DNA of 64,000 nt, from contig CM075999.1 in assembly GCA_038087875.1 (NCBI GenBank), positions 2,358,001 through 2,422,000 of the forward strand. Reading direction: 5' to 3'. Source of the DNA: Malacoraja senta (taxonomy: Eukaryota). Shown here piece by piece: positions 12,218 to 23,340 of the stretch. Within the stretch, counting starts at the first letter, position 1. Each line of letters starts with the position of its first letter. Both the position numbers and the translations under genes were made by a program. The notes below the pieces were generated by a model, which did no database searches, had not been told where the DNA came from, and saw nothing but the letters and a program-made list of their open reading frames with translations.

Positions 12218-14836
12218 GCTTTGGTTGTCCATGTTTGCTAGTTTCACGACTTTTGGCTGCAATGTTTGAACACGATTGCCCGGTGGGACAGGGTGAGGTT
12301 TGCACTGAGCTCTGTAAGAGTTCCAGACCCCCACTCCAGTAGTTCTCGGATGCCAAGCAAGCACGCTCGCAATCCGAAGGGCAATATGGAGAGCGTCATG
12401 AGTGATTAAAACTGTGGTGGCCTTTAAGAGAAATTGTGCCACTTGGACGGTTCACAAAGAGATTGCAATATTATCCTGCCAATTTTGACATAATTAATGC
12501 TCCATACCCTCATCATCAGAGGTCTCGTTTGGAACTACATGAGAGACAGAGTTACTGTGGATGAACCCCCCGACAGCCTGCACCAAAGGAAGAGGTTGTG
12601 TTCAAACAGGGCACTAGAAATGATTGTTTCCATTCTATTCTGCCATATAATTGTTTTAATACAGCTACAAGCTGCCAATTAATCTCCAACAGGAGAGGCA
12701 CCTTTGAATCCACCCACTCCAGAAGCATTGGGTTAATTGAGTACCTTTCAGGAGTGCTAATTAGCAATTAGGAGAGAGGTCTACTATGGCAAGAAACAAA
12801 GCTAACCCTGATGTTCGAGTCAAGCCAAGATTATGATCATACGCGCAGTGTACAGTGAGGTACAAGTACAAAGAGAATGGGCGGCAAGGTGGCTGTTGCT
12901 GCCTCACAGCGGCAGAGACCAAACCAACAAACCTACAAACCTAGACGCCTTTGGAATGTGGGAGGAAACTGGAGCACCCGGAGAAAACCCACGCAGGTCG
13001 AGGGGAGAACGTCTAAACTCCGTACCGACAGCACCCACAGTCAGGATCGAACCCGGGTCTCTGGCGCTGTGAGGCAGCAACTCTACCGCTGCGCCACCGT
13101 GCTGCCCATAAAATGATCCTTCCCGCAGGTGTGGAACTTCTGGCTTCTGTACCCCCAGGCTGATGGCAGCAACACAAAGGGTTTGGCTCGGATGGTGGGG
13201 ATCCTACTTGCTAGATTGGTGTAACTGTCACTGTATGTCATGTTGTTACTTATGGGCGGAGGACCAAGGCAAATTCCTTGTATGTGAATACTTGGCCAAT
13301 AAACTTACTTACTTAGATGCCGCCTTCTTGAGGCAACGACTCAATGTAGATGCTTTCGATGGTATGGGGGGCTGCGTCCATGATGGACTGGGCTGAATCC
13401 CACCACTCTCTGCAGCCTCTTGCATTCCTGTGTGCTAGAATTGCCGTACCAGTCAGCATAGCCTCAGCACAGCATATGTAAAAGTTGTGTTTAGGAAGGA
13501 ACTGCAGATGCTGGTTTACACCGAAGATAGACACAAAATGCTGGAGATTTAGAGTATTCGGTAATAAGCTGAATCTCTTCAAACTTCTCAAAGGGTAGAG
13601 GCACTGGGGCAGTTTCTTCACGATTACGTTTCATTGCTGGGCCCAAGACACGTCATCTGAGATATTAATCCTCAGGAATTTTAAGCTGCAAAGTCTTTCA
13701 ACAGCAAACCCACATGTTATTCAGACTTCCCCTTTATGAAGTCAACCATTGGTTGCCATGGAGATAAATAAAGGGTGTCTGAATTAGTCAGGTCTGTAAC
13801 ATCCTGTCATGCAGGAAGTTAGCGGATGGTTAACTTTCTGACTGGCTGCTTTAATGAAAGGGCGTCCAACGGAAACATTTATTTGTTTTTGTTGTTTTCT
13901 TTACTGCTGCTGCCTGATCTTCTGAGCATTTCCAGCATTTTATATTCATTTTTCAGGACACCAGGCTCCACGTGTAGGAAGGAACCGCAGATAGACATTA
14001 AAAGCTGGAGTAACTCAGCGGGACAGGCGGCATCTCTGGAGAAAAGGAATGGGTGACGTTTCAGGTCGAGACCCCACTTCAGACTGGAGGTGCTGGTTTA
14101 CACCGGAACTGCTGTTTACACTGAAGATAGACACAAAATGCTGGAGTAACTCAGCGGGACGGGCAGCATCTCTGGAGAGACGGAATGGGTGACGTTTCAT
14201 GTCGAGACGGGTCTGAAGAAAGGTCTCGACCTGAAATGTCACCCATTCCTTCGCTCCAGAGATGCTGCCCGTCCTGCTGAGTTACTCCAGCATTTTGTGG
14301 CCCTTTGTGTAAACCAGCATCTGCAGTTCCTTCTTTCTACACAAACATGACTAAACTGATCCAGTTGAATTTCCACCGCATCATGTAGGCCCGGACTCTT
14401 TACCACTCAGGTTGTAAAGCAATGGATTCCCTTTAACTTTGCTATTTATTCAGATAGCGCAGCAGTAGAGTTGCTGCCTAACAGCGTCAGAGACCTGGGT
14501 TCGATACTGACTATGGGTGCGGTCTGTACGGCGGTTGCACGTTCTCCCCGTGGCCTGCGGGGGTTTCCTCTGGGAGCTCCGGTTTCCTCCCACACTCCAA
14601 ATTTGTAGGTTAATTGGCTTGGTAAAATTGTAAATTGTCCCTAGTGTGTGTATAGGATAGTGTTAGTGTACGGGGATCGCTGGTTGGCACGGACTCAGTG
14701 GGCCGAAGGGTTCTTTCCGTGCTGTATCTCTAAACTAAACTAAACTAAATCTCTATAATTGTCTATTTTCTACTAAATACTCACCTAACTATGTTCTCTT
14801 ATTCAACCTTGGCTATCTTCAGAATCATTATCCACT

Positions 14837-15020
14837 GGTACACAAAAATGCTGGTGAAACTCAGCGGGTGCAGCAGCATCTATGGAGCGAAGGAGATAGG
14901 CAACGTTTCGGCCCGAAACGTTGCCTATCTCCTTCGCTCCATAGATGCTGCTGCACCCGCTGAGTTTCTCCAGCATTTTTGTGTACCTTCGATTTTCCAG
15001 CATCTGCAGTTCCTTCTTTA
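14837..15020. repeat. Penelope-derived near-perfect palindrome
   Basis: Arms 14837-14910 and 14914-14987 with a 3-nt loop centred at 14912. Confidence 0.85.
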
Positions 15021-15599
15021 AAACTCATTATCCACTGTCTTTTTTCACCTCTCAAGGTACTAGTTCCAGAGCCTCATCAACGTTTGCGTCCCTCAAATAT
15101 TCATTCTAATATCTTCTCCCTCATTACTTTTCCCTCTATTGCAATTTGCTTCAAGGTAATATTTCTTCCCCTTCCATCGTTCGATTCCACTGCGATTTTC
15201 TCTTCCCGTTCATCTGCACTATCCTTCAAATCTCTAAGCCTTATTCCAAAAATACTTGTCCATCTTCCAACCTCTCTGCTCTTGTAAAACATCTTGGAAC
15301 CATTCGCTTTTGCTGCTTGCAGTCTTCATCCCGACTGTTCATTCATCACTGCTTGACTGAAATTCTTTTTCACTAAATGCACTTTGGTAATATTTATAAT
15401 GTGCCAGTGCATAATCATAATAACCAAGTTTTTTCCATTGATTTATATGAACTATGCAGGCAAATAACGTGCTCCCTGAGGTTATGACTAAACTCCATTT
15501 CTGCCACGATTACCCAACTGGGGAACAGCCTTGGCAATATTAGGACCTACATCAATGGTTCAATGTCCCGCTGAGCTACTCCAGCATTTTGTGTCTACC

Positions 15600-16195
15600 T
15601 TCAACAGTTCATTATTGCCACATATGCACAGCAGAGTGAAATTTCTTTTGCACAACCCACAAATGCACAGTCGCCATATTTTGGTGCCGTTTACAAAGAA
15701 AAATAAATAGTCCAAAGTCCAAAGTGGGGTCCGTGCGCATGATGTACTGGGAGCAGCTCCTGATCCAGGCGAGCCCCAGGCTGCTGCAGGGCCTACTCCG
15801 TCGCCCTCGACCGGCTCGGCCTGCTGACCCGCGTCCCTCTCTTCTCCTCGCCTCTGTGACCCGGGGGGAGGGGGGCTTCCTGCAGCCGACCCTGCAGGCG
15901 CTGGAGACAACACCCCGCTCCCTCTCCCACCGGCCCACTCCTCACGTCCGTCCTCCCCAGCGGCTCCCTCCCTCCTCCTCCTCCATTCTCCGGTCTCTGG
16001 GGCAGAGCTCGGTGGCTTCCCAGCTTCCCCTCCGCCGGCCGCGGGTCCTTCATGGCGGCGGTGAACCAGGACTGTCACCGCACGTGGCCACGGGCAACCC
16101 GCCTGGTCTTCGTTCTGGGCGGCCACCAGATGTTTGTCGGTAGAATCGGCAGGTTTTACAAACTCATAGTCGTGACCAGCTAAGTTATAGACCAG
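15600..16195 (-). mobile_element. Unclassified GC-rich retroposon-like insertion
   Basis: GC/CpG-rich body ending, on the minus strand, in an AATTTCACT...TGTGGCAATAA tail similar to that of the element at 3835-4230. Confidence 0.45.
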
Positions 16196-16619
16196 GTACC
16201 GGGTAGGTACAGTTGCGCAGCGGTAAAGATGCTGCCGCACGGCGCCAGAAAACCAGAGTTTGCACGTTCTCCCTGTGACCTTGTGGGTTTTCTTTGGGTG
16301 CTCTGGTTTCCTCCCACACTCCAAAGACGTGCAGGTTTGTAGGTTAATTGGTTTTGGTAAAAATTGCAAATTGTCTCTAGTATGAAGGGTAGTGCTAGTG
16401 TGTGGGGTGATCGTGGTCGGCGCAGACCCTGTGGGCCGAAGGGCCTGTTTCTGTGCTGCATCTCTAAAGGCTAAAGTTAATTCGCAGTGGTTTATGTCCC
16501 TCATTGGGGCAGGTATTAATCGTCAATTTGACAGTGGTACACTTTGAGGAACGAGACTGATATCATTCATGGAACAGAGGCTGGGAAGTTGCATGTTAAA
16601 CCTTAAAAGAGGTTAAGTT

Positions 16620-17055
16620 GTAAGATACTTGAGTGGCTGAGCTTTAGAGAGGTGTTGGGGAGGCGAGGACTATATGCCTCGGAGTGCAGGAGGATAAAGG
16701 ATGATCTTATAGAGATGTACAAGATCATGAGGGGAATAAATAGGATGAATGCACAGAACCTTTTACCCAGAGTAGGGTCATCAAGAACCAGAGGACAGAG
16801 GTTTAAGGTGGGAGGGGAAAGTATGAATAGGAACCAGAAAGTGGTGAGTGTATGGAATGAGCTGCCAGAGGTAGTAGTTGAGGCAGGGACTACAACAACA
16901 GATAAAAGGCATTTGGACTGGTACATGGATAGGAAAGGTTTACGGGGGTATGGGGCAAACGCGGGCAGGTGGGACTAGTGTAGATGGGGGCATCTTGGTC
17001 GGCATGGGCAAGTTGGGCCGAAGGGGCAGTTTCTGCGCAGTACGACTCGATGACT
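16620..17055 (+). mobile_element. Older CR1 subfamily 3' fragment sharing its tail with the SINE
   Basis: DLIEMYKIMRG...RTRG...VWNELPEEVVEAGT-type motif ending GGGCCGAAGGG. Related copies at 23615-23825, 27870-28120, 30040-30430, 54805-55260, 55985-56465, 60030-60260. Confidence 0.8.
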
Positions 17056-17566
17056 CTCCACGACTCCATAGAGTAGGAGAGTTTTTCCTACAAGTGTTTA
17101 AAACTAAAATTTGTTTAAAATGGTGTTTACTTTTTAAACTTGATGTTGTATTGCAATATACACCCTGCCACTCCATGTAAAAAAAATCCTCTTTGCACGA
17201 TAGGAAAATCTAATCATCTCTCTTTTTGCTTTTGTCAACAAATGCTGCTATCAAGCTTTCAAGTAAAGAAAATAACTAAGGAACAGATGGCTTGGGAGCA
17301 CTGCATACAGAGAGCAGGAAAGAAAAATCACGTAATGTTTCACACGTCCAAAAAATGTCTTCTGTTCCACTGGTTTCAGTGAATATCAATGATATGTGAA
17401 GGAGAGTGTTATTCAAAGAGTAGGAACAAGATTTTATCAGTTGGGCAACCTGAATTCCTGTAATCACCATTCTTACAGTACAAAACCATACTCATATTTT
17501 AATACAATTTAAAGAGCTTGGGTCAGTCTGCGCGTATTTTTTATGATCATTTTAATCAAAGGGGTA

Positions 17567-17887
17567 GCACGGGTGGCGCAGGGGTAGAGTTGCTGCCTTA
17601 CAGCAGTTACTGCATCAGAGACCCGGGTTCGATCCCAACTACGGGTGCTGTCTGTACGGAGTTTGCACGTTCTCCCCGTGACCCACGTGGGTTTTCTCCG
17701 AGATCTTCGGTTTTCTCCCGCACTCCAAAGACGTACGGGTTTTAGGTTAATTGGATTGGTATAAATGTAAATTGTCACTAGTGTGTGTAGGATAGTGTTA
17801 GTGTGCGGGGATCGCTGGTCGGTGCGGACTCGGTGGGCCGAAGGGCCTGCTTCCACGCTGTATCTCTAAACTAAACTAAACTAAACT
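17567..17887 (+). mobile_element. HE1-type V-SINE, near full length
   Basis: tRNA-like head with A box (TGGCGCAG.GG) and B box (GGTTCGATCC), central V-domain-like GTACGGAGTTTGCACGTTCTCCCCGTG, CR1-derived tail GGGCCGAAGGGCCTG, (CTAAA)n end. Confidence 0.88.
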
Positions 17888-18319
17888 ATGCGAAGTACTT
17901 CGCCTTTTACCCCTGTGTGTGTACATTATATTTGTCGAGCGCATAAACATATACTGTATAGGTATACTACAACTAAAAGGGTCTGAAGAAGGGTCTCAAC
18001 CCAAAACGTCAACCATTCCTTCTCTCCAGAGATGCTGCCTGTCCCGCTGAGTTACTCCAGCTTTTTGTGTCTATCTTCGGTTTAAACCAGCATCTGCAGT
18101 TCCTTCCTACACAAGACTGTTTAATTGTCAGGCACCAACGATGGAAGGACAACATTCTTACTTGCAGCAGCATGACAGGGACGGAAAGTTTAATCTTGAT
18201 AAGTGCTTAGCTATTTCATTCTGTAATGTCTTGACGTTGTGAGGGATTGTAAAAAAGCCTTTTGATTTCACGACCTGATTCCCCATTCAGGGAACAAGTT
18301 ATCTCCGTTCCAGAAGCTG

Positions 18320-18510
18320 TCCAAAATCTGGAAGAATGCTGGCAAATGGAACGGAACAATGAGTTGTCCCAAATAAGCACCCTGACTCAAGAGCTAAAGA
18401 TTGCACCTCCTGGTTTTGGCTTCACTCAAGGATGCCAATACGTCATCAACCGGTTGATCCATACATCGCTGCCGCAAGTGGAAAATTAAAGACGTGCCAC
18501 AATGTGACCA
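18320..18510 (+). mobile_element. Highly degraded Vingi/Ingi-like LINE C-terminal fragment
   Basis: Frameshifted motifs PPGFG...INRL and RKWKIKDVPQCD resemble the PG.DLPR..W..L.R / KW....P.C.C region seen at 59333-59650. Confidence 0.4.
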
Positions 18511-19679
18511 ACTTAATTTTTGCGGAGGCCACAACAGGACACAAAAGTGCTGGAGTAACTCAGCTGGTAGGGCAGCATCTCTGGAGAACATGGATAAGTA
18601 ATGTTTTGGGTCGGGACCCTTCTTCAGAACATGAGGAGTCCATTTTGGCCATTGGCGCCAAGCCAGCTCCCAGCACCACAGAGACGGCGTCCTGACCTTC
18701 AAGTACCTCTTTGGAGACCTTGGAACTATCTTTAACCGGACTTTATCTAGCACTAAATGTCACACCCTTTATCCTGTATCTGTATGCTGTGGACGGCTTG
18801 ATTGTAATCATGTATAGACTTTCCACTGACTAGATAGCACGCAACAAAAAAGCTTTTTCACTGTACCTCGGCACACGTGACATTAATAAATGAAACTAAA
18901 CCATTCCATCCCATGCAATTCACTCTATTCTTAATTTCCTACGGTCCTGCTTTTTTTCCCCCATCCTCTTGGCCCATCAACCGCCCTTTGATTCCTTCGT
19001 CACTTACTTACGCTAAGAGCTGATTTGCAGTTGCCAATTGACCCACCAGCATGTGCTTGGGATGTGGGAGCAACTCAGACCAAACTCACTGCGACTCGGG
19101 GGAAACTGCATCCTTGAAAACAAAATATGGACAACTTATTATTGTGGTCTGTATGTCTTCACAGAGGAATAGCAAAACTCCACAAGTTCCTTCCTGAAGC
19201 ACTTTTTTTAGCCAGTGAGACCAACATTAAACAATGATTCAATCAATGGTACTTTTACCCAAGTTTTAGGTACAGGGCCGCACAGTGGCGCACTGATAGA
19301 GTTACTGCCTCTCAGCGCCAGAGTCCCGGGTTCAATCCTGACTACGGGTGCTGTTTTTACGGAGTTTGTACGTTCTCCCAGTGACCGCGTGGGTTTTCTT
19401 CGGGTGCTCCAGTTTCCTCCCACATTCCAAAGACATTCAGGTTTGTAGGGTAATTGGCTTTGGTAAAATTGTAAATTGTCCCTGGTGTGTATGATAGTGC
19501 TCGTGTACGGGGTGATCGCGGGTCAGCACGGATTGGGTGGGCCGTAGGGTCTGTTTCCGCTCTGTATCTCTGTATCTCTGTAAAGTTAAGTCTAAAGCAT
19601 ACAGTTCAGTGACAATTCCATCATGCATTAGGCTCAATCATACTAAGTTTAAGAGTGTAAGATCGTAGACCACACAGAG

Positions 19680-19814
19680 TCTTCTTCTTGCGTATGGCAT
19701 GCACAGCCTAAAGTTGTAGGTCAACTTGTTCTATTTGATCTTGTTTGTGCACGTCGGGTTGACTGCTTCAGTCGAAACAGGGTGGACCACGTGAAGGTTG
19801 CAGCGTCCCACCCC
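19680..19814 (-). mobile_element. Short non-autonomous retroposon (Vingi-related), copy 1, with 5' HDV-like ribozyme motif
   Basis: Flanked by direct repeat ACCACACAG (19669-19677 and 19815-19823). Minus strand starts GGGGTGG and ends ATACGCAAGAAGAAGA. Homologous to 38137-38279. Confidence 0.8.
19761..19814 (-). ncRNA. Putative minimal HDV-like ribozyme (degenerate P2 and J4/2)
   Basis: P1 GGGGUGG/CCACCCU; P3 ACC/GGU; L3 UUCACGU; linker GUUUCGA; candidate catalytic C at 19771; P2 CGCUGCA/AGCAGUC with only the 5 central pairs intact. Confidence 0.6.
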
Positions 19815-21767
19815 ACCACACAGTCAGTACACAAGAGTCACCAACTTTTAGGTACCAACTTGTATCCTTCAAGTCCGAATTTTTAAAAGATGTTAGAGTC
19901 TTAACTTGGCCATGAAGGACCATTGTCCTGGCAGCAGCATTGGGTCAATAGATAAATCATGATTGAATGGTGGACTATACTCAAAGGGCTGAATGGCCTA
20001 ATTATGTTCTTATGTGTTATGGTCTTATGGGTTAGCATTGCAGGGGTCATCCTAACCAGGTGATGTGTCAATGCCAATGTCCTCTACCGCTGCTCATTAC
20101 CAAATGTTTAGTTTCGTTTATTGTAATGTGTACCGAGGTCCAGTGAAAACCTTTTTGTTGCATGCTAGCCAGTCAGTGGAAAGACTATACATAATTACAA
20201 TCGAGCCATTTCACAGTGTACCGATACAAGATAAAGGGAATAACGTATTGTGGAAGGTAAAGTCCAGTAAAGTCCGATTAAAGATAGTCCAAGAGTCTCC
20301 CATGAGGTGGATGGCAGTTCAGGACCGCTCTTTAGTTGGTGATAGGATGGTTCAGTTGCCTAATAACAACTGGGAAGAAACTGTCTCTGAATCTGGAGGT
20401 GTGCATTTTCACACTTCTGTACCCCTTTTGCTGATGGGAGAGGGGAGAAGAGGGAGTGACCGGGGTGAGACTGGTCCTTGATTATGCTGCTGCCCTTGCC
20501 GAGGCAGCATGAGATGTAGATAGAGTCAATGGAAGGGAGACTTCTTGCCTTAGTGTAATCCACTGATTTGCATTATAGGCTCAGTCCAGTTACAAAATAT
20601 AAAGGTCTTTTATTGTCACGTGTACCAATTAAGGTACAGTGATATGCGAATTACCATACAGCCATACGAAAAAAAAGCAACGACACACAACTACATAAAA
20701 GTTAACATAAACATCCACCACAGCGGATTCCACATTCCTCACTATGATGGAAGGCAAAAAAGTCCAATCTTCTTCCTCTTTTTACCAACCCATATCACAG
20801 ATCCTCCCGTGTAGGCAAATCCAAGTCAAATTATAAAGTGAGAAATCATGATTTTAATAAGTTTAGGATTTTTTTTTAAACGAAAAAGCTCTGCCTTTTT
20901 GCACTTTTGTCAATATAGAACGTTAAATTTGGAGTTCAGCAATTTTAGGTTGCCACAAAGGCGCAGAAAACTTTAATTTTGTTCTTTGGAAGCTTAAAAA
21001 TAACACAGTAGTACCAGTATAGAAACATATAATATTATAAAATGACTGGACAAGCTAGACGCAGGAACATTTTTCCCAATGTTGGGGGAGTCCAGAATCA
21101 GGGTACCATAGGCTAAGAATAAAGGGGAGGCCTTTTTAAAATTGAGATGAGAAAAAACTTTTTCACCCAGAGAGTTGTGAATTTGTGGAATTCTCTGCCA
21201 CAGAAGGCAGTGGAGGCCAATTCACTGGATGAATTTAAAAGAGTTAGTTAGAGCTCCAGGGGATAGCTAGCTCTATCAAGGGATATGGGGAGAAGGCAGA
21301 TTGATTGTGGATGATCAGCCATGATCATATTGAATGGCGGTGCAGGCTCGAAGGGCCGAATGGCCTACTCCTGCACCTATTTTCTATGTTTCTATTAAAA
21401 AATATTGTGAAGGGGTTGGCTCTACACGGGAATTCATATTACAATGCATACACTAATGGCGAGAAAATGAAATGACATGCTGTAGCATGCAGTGCATAAA
21501 GCCAATCAATTTTGTCAACATTCCAAAACAGTCCCTTTAGTTATCTCTGGTTCAGGAGATAAATACTATCTTGCTGCACAGCTGCAAGCATTCAGGCAGC
21601 AGCGTGTGTGTGTGTGTTTTTTTGCAGAACAAATACATGCACAAAACAAAATGTTTGCCAGTAGTACGTGCATGCATGTGAGGAGGTACATATTGTGAAA
21701 GGAGAAGAAAGAAAGGAGAAGAGGATTGAAAACAGAACACTGGAGGGGGATAATGTTGTTCTCTCTG

Positions 21768-21799
<32 letters not shown>

Positions 21800-21804
<5 letters not shown>

Positions 21805-22071
21805 GCGAGGGCGCATGCGCCAGCCCGGGGAGGGGGCGGGACATGCGCCGCTCCGCGCAACCGAACTTGCGCGCATTCCTGCCCACTGGGAGGTGATTGG
21901 CGAGGGTTGGTGCCGGTCAGCGCGGGTTGGTGTCCGGCTGGCGGTGATTGGAGGAGGCGGGTGTCGGTCAGCACGAGGGGGCGGGGTAGGGGGCGGGAGC
22001 GGGCAGCAGGGTCGGTTGGTCGGCGGTGGCGCCAAGGGGGGGGAGGGGCTGTCATCCGCCCGCCCGCCCGC

Positions 22072-22103
<32 letters not shown>

Positions 22104-22203
22104 TCCTTCCCCTCACACACACAACACACACACACGGCGGCGGCGGCACAAACACCTCGGAGCGGCCTCTATCTCTCTCCTCACACGGAGCCGGCGGCGC
22201 CAT

Positions 22204-22234
<31 letters not shown>

Positions 22235-22257
22235 TATCTACACATACATACTTACTC
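21800..22257 (+). promoter_or_regulatory. CpG-island promoter and probable 5' UTR; QKI by synteny (inferred)
   Basis: Very GC/CpG-rich. NRF1-like GCGCATGCGC at 21811-21820, GC boxes (GGGGCGGG ~21833, ~21978), two reverse CCAAT boxes (ATTGG 21896-21900 and 21947-21951), (CGT)10 and (GGC)n tracts. QKI lies downstream of PACRG in other vertebrates. No coding exon is visible; strand is inferred. Confidence 0.65.
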
Positions 22258-22457
22258 NNNNNNNNNNNNNNNNNNNNNNNNNNNNNNNNNNNNNNNNNNN
22301 NNNNNNNNNNNNNNNNNNNNNNNNNNNNNNNNNNNNNNNNNNNNNNNNNNNNNNNNNNNNNNNNNNNNNNNNNNNNNNNNNNNNNNNNNNNNNNNNNNNN
22401 NNNNNNNNNNNNNNNNNNNNNNNNNNNNNNNNNNNNNNNNNNNNNNNNNNNNNNNNN
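22258..22457. other. Assembly gap (200 N)
   Basis: Run of exactly 200 N; sequence resumes at GATC. Confidence 0.99.
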
Positions 22458-22740
22458 GATCAATCATCGCTTGATACTTTGAACAGGAGAAGAACCTGTT
22501 TGTCTGGTTTCCGTGCTGGACATGCCCTTCACGTCGGTGTGTGTGGGCCCAATGTCACCCCGTGGTTTATGTTTCAGTAAATCACTGAGGCCTCTCGCGT
22601 GTCCTTTACATAGATACAGCGTGAGTCAGCAGCCTGCTTATTATGAGCAGTAACAGCCCCTGGTGCTTCAGTGCCAGTGTCACCTCAGGAGAACGTTTGA
22701 ATTCATCTCCTTCACAAGGTCTGGCCCAATCATTTCTCAA

Positions 22741-23340
22741 GAGTCACGGGTCACAAGTCAAGGGTCACGAGCTACGGGGTCACAGGTCGCGAGTCACGGG
22801 TCACAAGTCACAGGTCACAAGTCACGGGTCACAAGTCACAGGTCACAAGTCACGGGTCACAAGTCACTGGTCACGAGTCAAGGGTCACGAGTTACGGGTC
22901 ACAAGTCACAGGTCACGAGTCACGAGTCACAGGTCACGAGTCAAGGGTCACGAGTTACGGGTCACAGGTCACGAGTCACGGGTCACAAGTCACAGGTCAC
23001 AAATCACGGGTCACAAGTCACAGGTCACAAGTCAGGTCACAAGTCACGGGTCACAAGTCACGGGTCACGAGTCAAGGGTCACGAGTTGGGGGTCACAAGT
23101 CACAGGTCACGAGTCACAGGTCACGAGTCAAGGGTCACGAGTTACGGGTCACAAGTCACAGGTCATGAGTCACGGGTCACAAGTCACGGGTCACTAGTCA
23201 CGGGTCACGAGTCAAGGGTCACGCGTTACGGGTCACAAGTCACGGGTCACAAGTCATGGGTCACGAGTTATGGTCACGAGTCAAGGGTCACAGGTCACGG
23301 GTCATGAGTCACGGTCACGAGTCACGGGTCAAGGGTCAAG
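22741..23340. repeat. Heptamer minisatellite (RRGTCAC)n, about 600 bp
   Basis: 7-bp period of GGGTCAC / AAGTCAC / AGGTCAC / GAGTCAC variants. Confidence 0.95.

Noticed and set aside
15560..16504. 314-aa minus-strand ORF
   Set aside because: Chimeric read-through across a SINE, a GC-rich repeat and a Penelope-derived fragment; no recognisable domain or splice structure.
17567..17645. tRNA-like sequence with A and B boxes (many copies)
   Set aside because: It is the SINE head; it continues into the SINE body and does not form a complete tRNA cloverleaf gene.
22643..23307. Repetitive ORFs (VTSHGSQ...) and a CRISPR-like periodic look
   Set aside because: A 7-bp minisatellite without unique spacers; eukaryotic context and no cas genes.
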